A stretch of DNA of 64,000 bases from contig RDEW01000028.1 in the NCBI GenBank assembly GCA_011109175.1, forward strand, positions 62,001 to 126,000. Direction: 5' to 3'. Positions 37,331-48,579 of the stretch are shown piece after piece. The position numbers and the translations under genes were made by a program. The DNA is from Dicyema japonicum (taxonomy: Eukaryota > Animalia > Dicyemida). The notes under the pieces were generated by a model. That model had not been told where the DNA came from, did no database searches, and was given only the letters and a program-made list of their open reading frames with translations. Positions within the stretch are counted from its first letter, which is position 1. Every line of letters begins with the position of its first letter.

Positions 37331-38202
37331 TTTCTGGTGAAAATATCCATTGACTGATATAGCATATTACTTCTAGTCAATGCCGAGAAGATCAAGGCTA
37401 TCCATAAAGGGGTATAGAGTGAAAAAACGTTACTGGAATTAAATGTCCTTTATCAACTCCTTTGAAATACTAATTCGTGTAAACGGAACAATAGACCGTA
37501 CAGTTCTCCACCCATCGCGTACTAACATGGGCTCATGGGGAGCACATGAGGTTTCTGAGTAAGAATTATTATGGTTTCTCAATAAGTCACAACTAATATA
37601 TTAATTATCTAAGATTATTAAATGTAATCACCATTTTTTATTAACTTATCTTCATTCTTTCATTATTATACTCAGTGATTCTCAACCTTTTTTTTGTGTA
37701 CCAAAAAAAAGTCAGTGTACCAAACAAAGTTATTTCGTGTACCAAAGTAACAAAGACTTATTTAATTAAATTTAGGGACTTAAAATCTTTTTTAACTATT
37801 CAATGAGAGCCTTGGTTTTCATGCATTTTAATTAGTTTCTGAATATCAGGGTCCAAGCGTGTTAAAAATAATCTGACATCTCCTCGCCAGCAGATATCAA
37901 GCTTGTTACGTTCATCGCTCAATATCCTGATTCCACAATATATGTCGTTGGAAAACATAATAAAATTTTAATTATTTGTTCCCAAATCTTTGGATATTTG
38001 TCTTTAAATTCCTTTTTTGGCAAGAGGTTCATCAATCTTGTTTTTTATATTTTGAAAATATTCAAGCGAAGATCTTGACAATTTCATAAAACTATTGGTC
38101 AAAGAATTTTTGCAGATTATGCAAAAAGGCTTAAATTTGTCTCCACTGGAATGGATAAATCTATATTTCAGTAATAGTCCGAAACAGACAGTCCGAAACC
38201 AA

Positions 38203-40850
38203 TTTATTCAACAGTAAATAAGGAGTTAGTTTGAGGGATATTTAAACGTGTCCGCATATGCGGACTGGACACTTCCGATGCACCCTGTCTCCATTTAGTC
38301 TCCTTCTATTGTCGGATCCCATCAATCCTTTTTTCTACAATATTTTTGACTTCAGTACTGAGAACATCAAAAAGCCTTTTCCCCAAAGCCAACTTTATTG
38401 CCGACCTTCTGGTTTTTTCCATAAGTAACATAATTCTTTCTCTTTGGCAAGAAAAAAACCATGCTTCGCATCCATATGGCAGCTCCGGAGAATGATTCTC
38501 ATGAAGATGAACAAGAAGGTTTCCAGGCTTACAAACAACTTTCTTGTACATAAAAATGTTGAAGCGCCTTCTTCATCTAATGTCCTCCATGAAGATCTCT
38601 ATCCCGAGGTAGGGCAGTGAATTTACTTTAGGAATCTCTAGTGAGTAAGGCTGCATCTGATGCCTCCTTAGGCGACTGACTCTTAAATAGCTGGACTTCT
38701 CAGTGGACAGTCTCATCCCCCTCTTGGTGCACCAGTCCTGTACTTGTTCAATGAATGACTTGATTTTTTGTCCGAGAGAGTTGATTTCCCGGATATATCC
38801 GTGATCAGCGTATATCAATAATCTGGTGTTCATCTCCGGTGGAGTTGGGAAGTCTGACAAAAATATGTTGAACAGAAGTGGGCTCAAGACAGAACCCTGT
38901 GGAACTCCCTTCTTCAATATGATATCTTTTGACATATTTGCTCCAACACGTACTTGGGAAGTCCTTTATCCACATGAAAAGTTTCTTTTGAATATCAGCA
39001 GCTGCTAGCCTTGGACAGATCCAAACATACCAGGTTGACTAGTCTTTTGAATTCCAGACCTCTCAATACCATTGAATGCATCTGGTAGATGCAGTCCGTG
39101 CATGATTTTCCAGGTCTGAAGCCACATTGTTCTGCGAGGAGCAAACCACTTTCTTCTATGTGGTCGTTTAGCCTTCTGAAGATAATTCGTTCGATAATCT
39201 TGGAGATAGAACAGATGAGGCTTATCGGCCTATAGCTGAGTGGGTCCCTCCTCGATTTTCACGGTTTCAGTATCATTCTGACTATAGAAGATTTCCAACA
39301 TTTTGGGACATGACCATGATGAATGCTTGCATTTAATAAATAATTCAGTATGAGAAATAGAGCCTCTGGGGCTTCCTTTAACAATCTCATGCTTAGATGG
39401 TCAAGTCCAACAGCGTTAGCATTGCTTTTCATGATGACAGTCATGATTTCTTCCGTAGTTATTTTCATTTCAGTATCTTTGAGATCGTCCAAACAGAGGT
39501 TAAAACTTCACGTGAAGAATCTAACATCTCCCTCGGAATAAGCTCAATCGGGTTGACCCCTAAATGCGGTCCAGATGCTTCTTAAAAATATCTGGGGCTT
39601 CTTCCATAGAACATAGTCCACCTTCTGGCTTGCTCAAGGAGATTTTTTTTGACATTCCTTTCTGGCCAGTTATTCTTTTGTAGAACTTCCAGAACGAGGG
39701 GTCTTTGGTGTTTACTTTGCTTGCCTCTACCCTCAAACATTGTTCTTGAGACAGTCTTGTTCCTTCTTCAATGGCTTTCTTGATTATCTTCAGTTGTCCG
39801 GTCAATGCAATCCGGTCTATCCAGTCCACACATCTTCTGAGTTTGGTCCTCAGGCGATTCCTTTCATTGATCAAAGATAGAGCGCAAAAAGACTGATGCT
39901 CTTTCCATGATTGGTACTTGAGGATCTCCTCCTTGCGTAAGCATTAAGTATGTCTCCATCAGTCCATGGAGTCTGGAACTAGGTTCAATAACATATCTTG
40001 GGGTATATGGTCACTCCCGATATCCCACATGATCATCGGCTTCTCTACATAAGTGTAGAGCAGTTGTGACACCAGGAACACCTCAAGCATGTCTCCCCGT
40101 AGTGCGAGTAATTATTCGGTTTTTCCGATGTCAAAATTTCAAAGCCAGTCTTATCACTCAATTTTCTTAGTCTGATTCCATCATCGTTAGTACCGAGGCA
40201 CCCATATTTAATGTTCTTGGCATTTACATCACCCACTAGGATAGACATATCGTTTCTTGTAAAGAATTCTTTAATTTATGTGGAACACTTTCTAAGGTCT
40301 ATTGAATACATTCCACCGACGTGTATTCAACGGCCACAGCATCTCACCTCGACGGAAACAAATTCACAGTGTGTATTCATAATAATTTTTGGCTCACGTA
40401 TCTGTAGAACTTCATTGTAGGACAATGTGGTTCCAGTACCAGCTTCTGCACCTTCGAACCATGGTTTTTCTATAGAATTGTATCCCTGTAGCATTGTGGT
40501 GTTGGTCTTTTTCACCTTGGTCTCGCTGACCACCAGGATGTCAATCTTGGTGGACGATGGTAGTAGTGCCAGGTCATGACGCCTCTTCTTTAGGGATCGG
40601 GCGTTCACCAGCACTATCTTGAAGTTTCTTTTCAATTTTCTTGTTGGTGGCCCGGGCTCTCCATGGCCAGGTCCACCATACTGCGTAAATTTACCCCGAG
40701 TATGCCGCTTAGTTCTTTCAGTCTTGATATTATTTCCTTTAGTTCTTTTGTACCACCAGAAACGAAAATTCCTCTATTGTTTGTATTGATTGAAATAATG
40801 TCATGTGGCTCGCCGACGACGTGGTGGCATTTGAAAAAAAAGAACCACAC
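38203..40850 (-). mobile_element. APE LINE family B (I/Jockey-group-like), degenerate
   Basis: KIVLVNARSL, DILVVSETK, LVGDVNAKN (endonuclease); YRPISLICSISK, GVPQGSVLSPLLFNIF, LIYAD (RT). Confidence 0.9.
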
Positions 40851-40859
40851 TTTCCCCTA

Positions 40860-43656
40860 TCTTCACGGGTGGACCAATAAGGAAGGCCTGCGCCGCTGCG
40901 AGGACGTTGAGGCAAACCCTGGACCAGCCAGAATAGTCCAACTGAACATAAATGGAATCAAGAACAAAATACTCGAACTTCGGACATTTGTGAAAGAAAA
41001 TCACATTGATCTGTTGCTAATTCAAGAATCTAAACTTTCTCCAAAGAATTCAACACCAGTATTTCCGGGATTCACAGTAATTCGCCGGGACAGAATTGGC
41101 AAACTTGGTGGGGGTCTTCTCACAGTTATTCGCAACGGCATTCCGTTTGAGGACATAACCAACAGTGCTTACACTATGCTTAAAGGATATGGAAATCTCG
41201 AACTTTTGGTTACCAAAATACGATTCCCAAGACTATCAATAACAATTGTCAACGCATATCTCCCACCACCGAGTTCCTGCTCGTCCAGTGCCTCCAGACT
41301 CACTCCTCTCGCGTCACCAAAGGATGTGATTATCTGTGGTGACTTCAATGCGAAGCACCCACTGTGGCTGACAGGACAAACCTACGACAAAAGAGGGAAG
41401 ATGATAATTGAGGACCTCCACAGCCTATGTATACTCAACGATCCTGCATCTCATACAAGAACACCTACTCGACGTAATGATAAACCTTCTTCTATCGACA
41501 TCTCATTGTCATCACCGTCCTTGGCCCCACTTATTGACTGGTCAGTGAAGTATGACACCAGTAGTGACCACAACCCAATATTTTTGGAGGTCAAAACAAG
41601 GTCACGGATAAAAGGACAATGCCCAACAATAACTAACTACAGCCTTGCGAATTGGAAAGGATTCAAGGAATACGTCGATAATTGTATTGGACTATTAAAT
41701 TTCCCCACTTTTCCCTCCGTCGAACAATTAGTGAAATGGTTCAACTCCATTATAAACGATGCGAAAAAGAAGTACATTCCTATGGGGAGACAACCAACGT
41801 CATCAAAACGTTTTAACACAACGACGAAACATCTGATCGAGAACGAAATAATCTAAAGATGGTAAAATCGCCAACAGAAGAGAACATCAGGAAAATACGA
41901 GAATTGAACAGAGAGATCGACAACAACATAAAGACAGAAAATGCAAATAGATGGACGAGACTATCGAAAGCTCTCTACAAAAACCCCCCAATGCAAAGAG
42001 TGTGGAAGTGGATCAAAAACATCAAAAGACCTCCCCAGAGAGAAAAGTCGAAGTCTACATAAAACCAGACACTCTGATAAAATATTACACATCTATATCC
42101 TACAGGAAGTTTTCAAAAGAACACCAAGTATTCCTGAAAAAGATTGAACCGAAACGCTCCGATAACTGGATCCTATTTACTAGTCAGGATGTTCGCAGAG
42201 CCATATCTAAGGCCAACAACTCAGAGGCCAAAGGACCAGACAACATAACCACATGTGAACTGAAGCACCTAGGCCATCGAGCCCTGGAACTATTAGCCTA
42301 TATATTCAACCTATCCATTAACACAAATACAATCCCTGAAATATGGAAGAAGTCTCTAATCAGACCTATCCGAAAACCCAACAAACCAATAGATGAACCA
42401 TCTTCCTATCGCCCAATATCTATTCTAAGTCCGGTCTCAAGGATCCTTGAAAGGCTTGTTTTGGAAAAAATACAAGACTCAATCTCAATACCTCCGACCC
42501 AGCACGGATTCCGGGACAACCATTCGACGACAACACACCTTACAACCCTCACACAATTCATTGCGGAAGGATTTAACTCCCCCAAACCCCATCAGAGGAC
42601 AGTACTTATATCCGTGGACATCACAAAAGCGTTCGACTCAGTCCCTAGGAAACTCTAACAAAGAAAATATATGAAACCAACATCCATCCGAACCTGAAAC
42701 TTTGGCTTGGAAACTTCCTAAATGGAAGACGAGCACAAGTACTCTGCAACAACATCAAATCAAGATCTCGCTATTTCCCAAATGGAGTCCCTCAAGGCTC
42801 ACCACTATCACCCCAACTCTTCAATCTCTACATAAACGACATGCCACAAACCTGTAATGAAAACTGTCTAATCCTCTCATATGCCGACGATATCATTCTT
42901 GCCTCCAAGACAGAAACATTCAATCAGCGACTCAGTTGGCTCAACAAATGCTCGACAACTTGGAACTATGGCTCTCGAAGCGGAGACTTGACACATCAGC
43001 AGCAAAGTCCTTTGTCACACTGTTTACCACCTACAAGAGACAGCTCTGTATCGAACCAAAAGTCTTTATGAAGAACGAAGCTATCTCTATTAACAAAACA
43101 CCGAAGATTCTGGGAGTAACCTTTGATCAGGGACTCACCTTTATCCGGCATGTTGAAAACAGAGTAACTTCTGCTCTGAAAAAATTAAGAATCTTAAAAG
43201 TGCTCTCAAAAATATTTAGAGATCAAACTGGGATCCTTGCCACGATATACAAACAATTCATCCGATCAACGATGACGTATGCAAGTCCTTCATGGGCAAT
43301 GCAAATGTCACGATCTTCCACATTGAAGTTATCTGCAATCGAGGAGACCTGCAATGAGGTTAATTGGACCAGATCACAACATCCAACCTATTGAAAATTT
43401 TTTTAATTGAAATACAACGAAAACTATTAAAGGAGGCTGTTTTACCGAGCTGCCCTCTATTCCAAATACTATCGAATTATCTACAATCATACAGAAATTG
43501 TGAGCCGATGCCATGTCCTATGAGAAGAGCTGTTCAGGATTCTCGACCCCGCCGGACTCGTCCTCACCTTTGTCGGTCTGGGATCACTTAGTTAGATGAG
43601 AACTTTTATTTCTTTCTCTTTGACCCAGTGATCCTGGGGTAATAATAATAATAATA
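40860..43656 (+). mobile_element. APE LINE family A with N-terminal 2A-like motif and (TAA)n tail; several frameshifts
   Basis: RIVQLNING, LLIQES, ICGDFNAKH, SDHNPI (endonuclease); SYRPISIL, QHGFR, VDITKAFD, GVPQGSPLSP, YADD (RT); ends SGIT* with an AAT tail at 43640-43657. The 5' boundary is approximate. Confidence 0.93.
40903..40926 (+). other. 2A-like ribosomal StopGo motif D-V-E-A-N-P-G-P
   Basis: GAC GTT GAG GCA AAC CCT GGA CCA, in frame and directly before the APE endonuclease. Context GLRRCEDVEANPG|P. Confidence 0.8.
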
Positions 43657-44319
43657 ATCGTAATGAACTAATTATTGATAATAAAAAATATTTAAATAAT
43701 AATACCATGTACCAATTTTTTTTCCATGCACCATTCGAGTATTTTTCATGTACCAAAAATGGTGCACATGCACCACGGTTGAGAATCACAGATTAAACTT
43801 ATCCTTTATATTACTGTTAATTGTGAGATATCTCAGTGTGTGCTATTTCTGTGAAATTATTGATTGGAGGAAAATGATTGCCTAGGAGGATAGATAATTG
43901 GTCAGAGGTATAGGCTAACCATAATTGTATTTGTCTATAATCATGGAGATACTCAAACGATAGGATTACGTCGTCTAAATTGAATTAACTCAACAAGGAT
44001 GCGTTAAATAAATAAATTAAAAATTGGCTATAGAAGAGGAAATTATTGGAGAACATCAGCAGAGAGAAAGAGGAAATCCAGATCTTAGAAGATCACATAT
44101 ATTAGGTTTGTGGGTTCATACTGGTGACGAAAATTTTCTTGGTCAACATATTCCCCAGAATACTTTTCTAAGGCTTTTTGAATGATTAATGAAATCGACT
44201 GATGTTCTTTATTGCTAACAAACAGACTCAAATTATTATGTGTCACGTTTGAGATTCTCTTTAGCATCTCCCGTCAACTTTGTGCCTCTATGATTGTCTC
44301 TGCCTTCCAACCTCAGATA

Positions 44320-45330
44320 TTCTAGAAACCAACTTGGACAATCAAATTAAATCTGCAAAACACTCTGTTATGTTCAAATGTATGAATGAACCAAATGTCG
44401 ACCTATCTACTTCCTCAGAATGGTTATCCAAGGGAAATGACGGCCCACGGAGCGAAGCATTGTCTTCTGCAAAATAGGAATTTGTTTTTCACACACATTA
44501 TGCAACTATTGCAATAGAAACAGGAAAACTGTCGATCATTTGTGGTAAAATGCTAAACATGTGATCCACCTGTCTAGGTGACGCCCAGTGCCAGGCCGGA
44601 ATAAAAAGGATCATTTGCTCTTCCCCACTCCACTGGAGGGGTTTCCACAACTGCATGTAATGGACGTCTTTCCTTTTATGTTGATTCCGGATGGACTCTG
44701 TAGAAGTGGAAACTGGATACACTTAATTAGTTGTTTACTTTAACTTCTTTCTCGGTGTATTCGGGGTTAATAAATAAATAAAATGCTAAACAGTCTCCAA
44801 AGACATAATGAAATGGTAAAGTGTATCCATCTTCATCTTTGTCGAGTTTATGGAATCAAAGAAGCAGTAAATTGAAAGGACAGAAATTGAAAGGACATTC
44901 GGTTCAGTCAATATTGACGACTCAAATTGTCGAAATCAGAGTTGACACGTCAATTATGACAGAAACAAAATTCCAATTCAATAAACCTGATATTTTTGTT
45001 TAAGAAGAAGTAACTTTAATCGAAGTGGGGATTACCTCACAAGACCGACTAAAGCAAGTTGAAATTGAAACTTCACAATATGACTTGCAAATGAACTTTG
45101 GCTGCTCTATGAATGCCAAGTGAAGATTATTCCAGTGGTTTTGACATGGGATGGAGTTGTCTCAAAATGCTTCGAGAATTATATGGATAAATTATCTATT
45201 GAAGAATCAACGAGGACTTTCATTAGAACGCTCGAAAGTATGCTCATTGAACATAAACATGGGATAAAGGTGAAGAGTACGTCTCTGCCGTAGACCAATT
45301 TGTGGAACATTCGACTGAACGAAGATATAA
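44320..45330 (+). mobile_element. R4/Dong-like restriction-endonuclease retrotransposon, 3' part, degenerate
   Basis: SSEWLSKGN, RHNEMVKCIHLHLC, NKPDIFV, LIEVGITSQDRLKQVEIE, KIIPVVLTWDGVV. Confidence 0.8.
44560..44778 (+). mobile_element. 219-bp retroposed insert with 14-bp TSD TAAAATGCTAAACA (44546-44559 / 44779-44792)
   Basis: Perfect direct repeat, TAA-rich tail, TGYT* end, and homology to 4015-4230. Confidence 0.85.
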
Positions 45331-45719
45331 CTTTAAGATGAAGAAAAGGAAATTATCAGCAAACTCTTATTCTGAGAGAGAGATTACCGACGATCTGGAT
45401 TAAATTCTTGATTAGATATACTATATTGCGTATTGCCAAATAAATTATGGTTTGATTTCATGGAGTACATCATAGGGTCACTTCACAATACATTCACTCC
45501 CCTTACATTCATCCAATCATAGTGAACTATACAAATTTTAGCAGTGACAACTATGATTACTTGATCGAAGAACATTTCGAGTTTATCCACAGAAACTGAA
45601 TGGCGGATGTGGATTGGAAGAAATGTGGAACTTGAATAAAATGTTCATAGAGGACGTCGAGGTTTTTTGTTCATCATAAGTTCTATATGATGATGAGTTT
45701 TCCTGTTAGAACATATACA

Positions 45720-45960
45720 TGTCCTTCACTCAAAGTCCAACATTCTGGGGAAATTAGTCCTTTCGAAAATCAAGTCGTTCCAACATGGTTTTGGAAAAGT
45801 TAACATCTACTCATCCCTGACTCAATTCATCCCTTTGGATTCTCGTATAAGCCTTTAGTCTATTGATATTAGCGAAGCATTCAACTCAGTCCCAAGAAAT
45901 AATCATATATGGATAATTGGTCACATGTGAATCTCCTGACATATAAAACTTAACTTTCAA
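45720..45960 (+). mobile_element. LINE family A RT remnant
   Basis: FQHGF, LTQFIP and SIDISEAFNSVPR. Confidence 0.6.
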
Positions 45961-46566
45961 ATTGTATTCAACTGTTATTCCAGTCAGCTTACTCCCGATG
46001 AAAACCATATAAGTGCCACTCCCGATAGGGACATTCTGTCCACGAGTTCAAGGGGGACTAAAACGCAACAACGTTCTAATTGACTACAGTTTTGGTTACA
46101 GCAGACTAACGACTAGCCAAGTCCGTCATTTCACCTCAGACAAGACACTGGGAAAATACTAAGTTGATATAAAGGCAAATAATTCAATAATTTCCTTAGT
46201 TAACTCATAAAAATTGTGGAGTACCCATTGATGCGAAGAGACTAGTTACTGATGAGCTTCTCTGGGCTATACAAAATGGGAAACCATCCTATCAGATAAT
46301 CATAAAGTCATGTATTATAACACTTGCACATACAAACATCAGGACAAACTCAGAGAAGATCGTGGCTAACCAAAAAGGGAGTACAGAGTGACGAAACAGC
46401 AAATCATTGGAAATAATGTCTACGAAGCACTATGCCAGTTACTCAATGACCATACAGATATCCCACTTGAGGACTTTTATGGGCTCAAGGGGAAACATTA
46501 ACCAATCTGAGAACACTGATATCTACTTGTGGTCTCGGAATTAAATAAGAAACAGAAATGTATAAA

Positions 46567-47008
46567 TTAAGCAAAAGGGGAAAATTTAAGAGATCCAATG
46601 AATTTGTTACGTCTCTGTACTTTCCTAAATCCCTCAATAATGTGCATAGGTTTGAGGGATCCAATCTCCCCAGTACCATCCCTCACACTCAGAGCTTCTT
46701 CAATCACTTCCCCGACGAACAGTTTAGTGATTCCAGAAATGGCTATAAGAACGTTTTGATTTAAAGAGACCCCCACGGAAGAATTTACAATCTTTGGTTA
46801 ATCGACTAATACTTTCTTAATTGATGAACGTAGAAAAGTGGCTCTACGGAACTGTTCGTAACGACTGAGCTGATCATCAGAGAAATGGGCGATTAGGAAC
46901 CTTATATTTAGTTACATTGTACTGAAGTTTGGTATCCTCAGATATTGAATTTATATCAATTTGATCACTTTGAGTTTTCTCTGTTTCCTCATTCTTAACA
47001 TCAGACAT
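46567..47008 (-). CDS. TAF11: TFIID subunit TAF11; introns 46792-46812 (21 nt) and 46901-46922 (22 nt)
   Basis: FSDDQLSRYEQFRRATF and NVLIAISGITKLFVGEVIEEAL...LKPMHIIE match the TAF11 histone fold. Confidence 0.93.
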
Positions 47009-47180
47009 AACTATTTTAATTTTAAATAATAAAATATTTATGTATAAATTATAAAATTTATTTTACCTTATTTTCAGAAATGATTTGTTGTGTTATTTAA
47101 ATCATTATTTTTCTGGTTGAGACTGTTTGTGCAGGGCTTTCCAAAGATTGTAAGCCTTGGGTTACTAATGATAATATTCT

Positions 47181-47700
47181 GGTAAGTGGTGACGTCCCTC
47201 TTTGAAATATGTCTTCTTCACGCTTGACTACCCATTCTCCCTCGTTATTTTCAACACTCAATGTCTAAGTTCATAACCAAAAAAACATCATCTCATGGGG
47301 TCAGCATTTGCTCTCTTCAAGAAACGAAAATTACCGCATATTCTACTACGAAATTGGATGATGATTATATAATTACTTAGGACTATGATTTTAGACATTA
47401 TGGTATTGGATTTACTGTCCAGAGATCTTTGTGACACATGTATGGGCTGTCTCGGATCGTATTGCAGTCATGCAACTCAAGTTCGGAACGAAACCTAATT
47501 CTGTCATCAATGTCTATGCTCCGATCTCTGCCTGGGTTGATCCCAACCATGAAGAGCTCGATGCGTTCTAATCATGTTTGACTGGGACATATGACTCACC
47601 TTCGTCATCATTTCTGACGTTTATTGGTGGTGACTGGAATGCTAGAGTTTGTAAAGTGAGGAATGAGAAGACCTTATTGGATCTCATGCTAGGAACCACC
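47181..47700 (+). mobile_element. RTE-family LINE 5' fragment
   Basis: 5' motif at 47181-47200, ATGTCT at 47209, SLQETK, INVYAP, GGDWNARV. Confidence 0.8.
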
Positions 47701-47734
47701 GAAATTCCTCTGTTGTTTTATTAGTCCAATGGGC

Positions 47735-47930
47735 AGATGCTTGGTTGCAAGGTCTTCGTTATTCCAATAGAAATGACGTGGGAAGGAATTGCAACAAAGT
47801 ACCACAAAGGTTATCTGAAGCAGTTAGGGGTAGATAGGAAGCTCCAGGTATACAGTCCACTGTATTAAGCGGACACTTGAATATAGGAGGCAATGCCCGG
47901 AGATACTATATATGGAGGGGGCTCAATTTT
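47735..47930 (+). mobile_element. R4/Dong-like C-terminal remnant
   Basis: CKVFVIPIEMTWEGIATKYHKGYLKQLG. Confidence 0.6.
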
Positions 47931-48314
47931 AAAAGACGCTCTCGGAGCTGTTTAAGCAATCAGAATCTAACTTGTCTAAGGATTCTGGCCAATAGGCAGG
48001 TGATGAAGGTTATTGATTGCTAGATGTTAACTTTTTTGTTGGTTAATAAGGCTGAGTTTAATTTGTACTCTATTTCAACTTTTTTAAAGACTGTTGAGAG
48101 GTGATACAAACATGGCTTTTTTCCACTTTTTAAACGCGAATACATCCTGGTTATTATTATGTAATTTGTCTTTTTGCTTATTTTCATATCCTAATTTTTC
48201 ATTATTGCTCTCAAATCCCGCAGTTTCAAAGAGGACCTTTCTTCATTATCGTATTTTCTGGAAAATATGTTTAGGTTTTCCTTGGGAAAATATGTTCAAG
48301 AACCTTTAACCGAA

Positions 48315-48386
48315 TGGACAGCAAGGGGATTCGAACCTGGACCACATGATTTTTGTTCGACAATCGTAACACTGCCCAAACACAAC
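48315..48386 (-). pseudogene. tRNA-like sequence (tRNA pseudogene or SINE head)
   Basis: B-box GGTTCGAATCC (48327-48337) and A-box-like TGGGCAGTG; T-stem does not pair well and no clear cloverleaf forms. Confidence 0.45.
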
Positions 48387-48579
48387 ATATAGAAAGGTTT
48401 AATCCAATTAAAATTATTGCAGAATGTGAGGTAGTGCTAAATGGTATAATAAAATAGAAATGGTAACCGATTGAAACCATCTAAACAGCTATTTCGCCAA
48501 GTTAATGTGAAAACATAATAACGTCGAATTCGATGGACTATTAGTGGGAATAAGGAATTTTCGGCCTCCAAACTATTTA

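Larger units (their letters stand above)
37673..43791 (-). mobile_element. Buster-like hAT DNA transposon (internally deleted) carrying two nested LINEs
   Basis: 15-bp TIRs (37673-37687 / 43777-43791, 14/15 match), 8-bp TSD ATTATACT/ATTAAACT and subterminal GTACCA repeats. Transposase remnants LKYRFI...CIICKNSL and YPKIW...FPTTYIVESGY...RGDVRLFLT...GSH* at 37800-38180. Confidence 0.9.

Noticed and set aside
40663-40860. N-terminal ~65 aa of the 397-aa ORF as a real LINE-A leader peptide
   Set aside because: It overlaps the antisense of the neighbouring LINE-B 5' region, is low-complexity, and is probably open by chance; the true LINE-A 5' end is undetermined.
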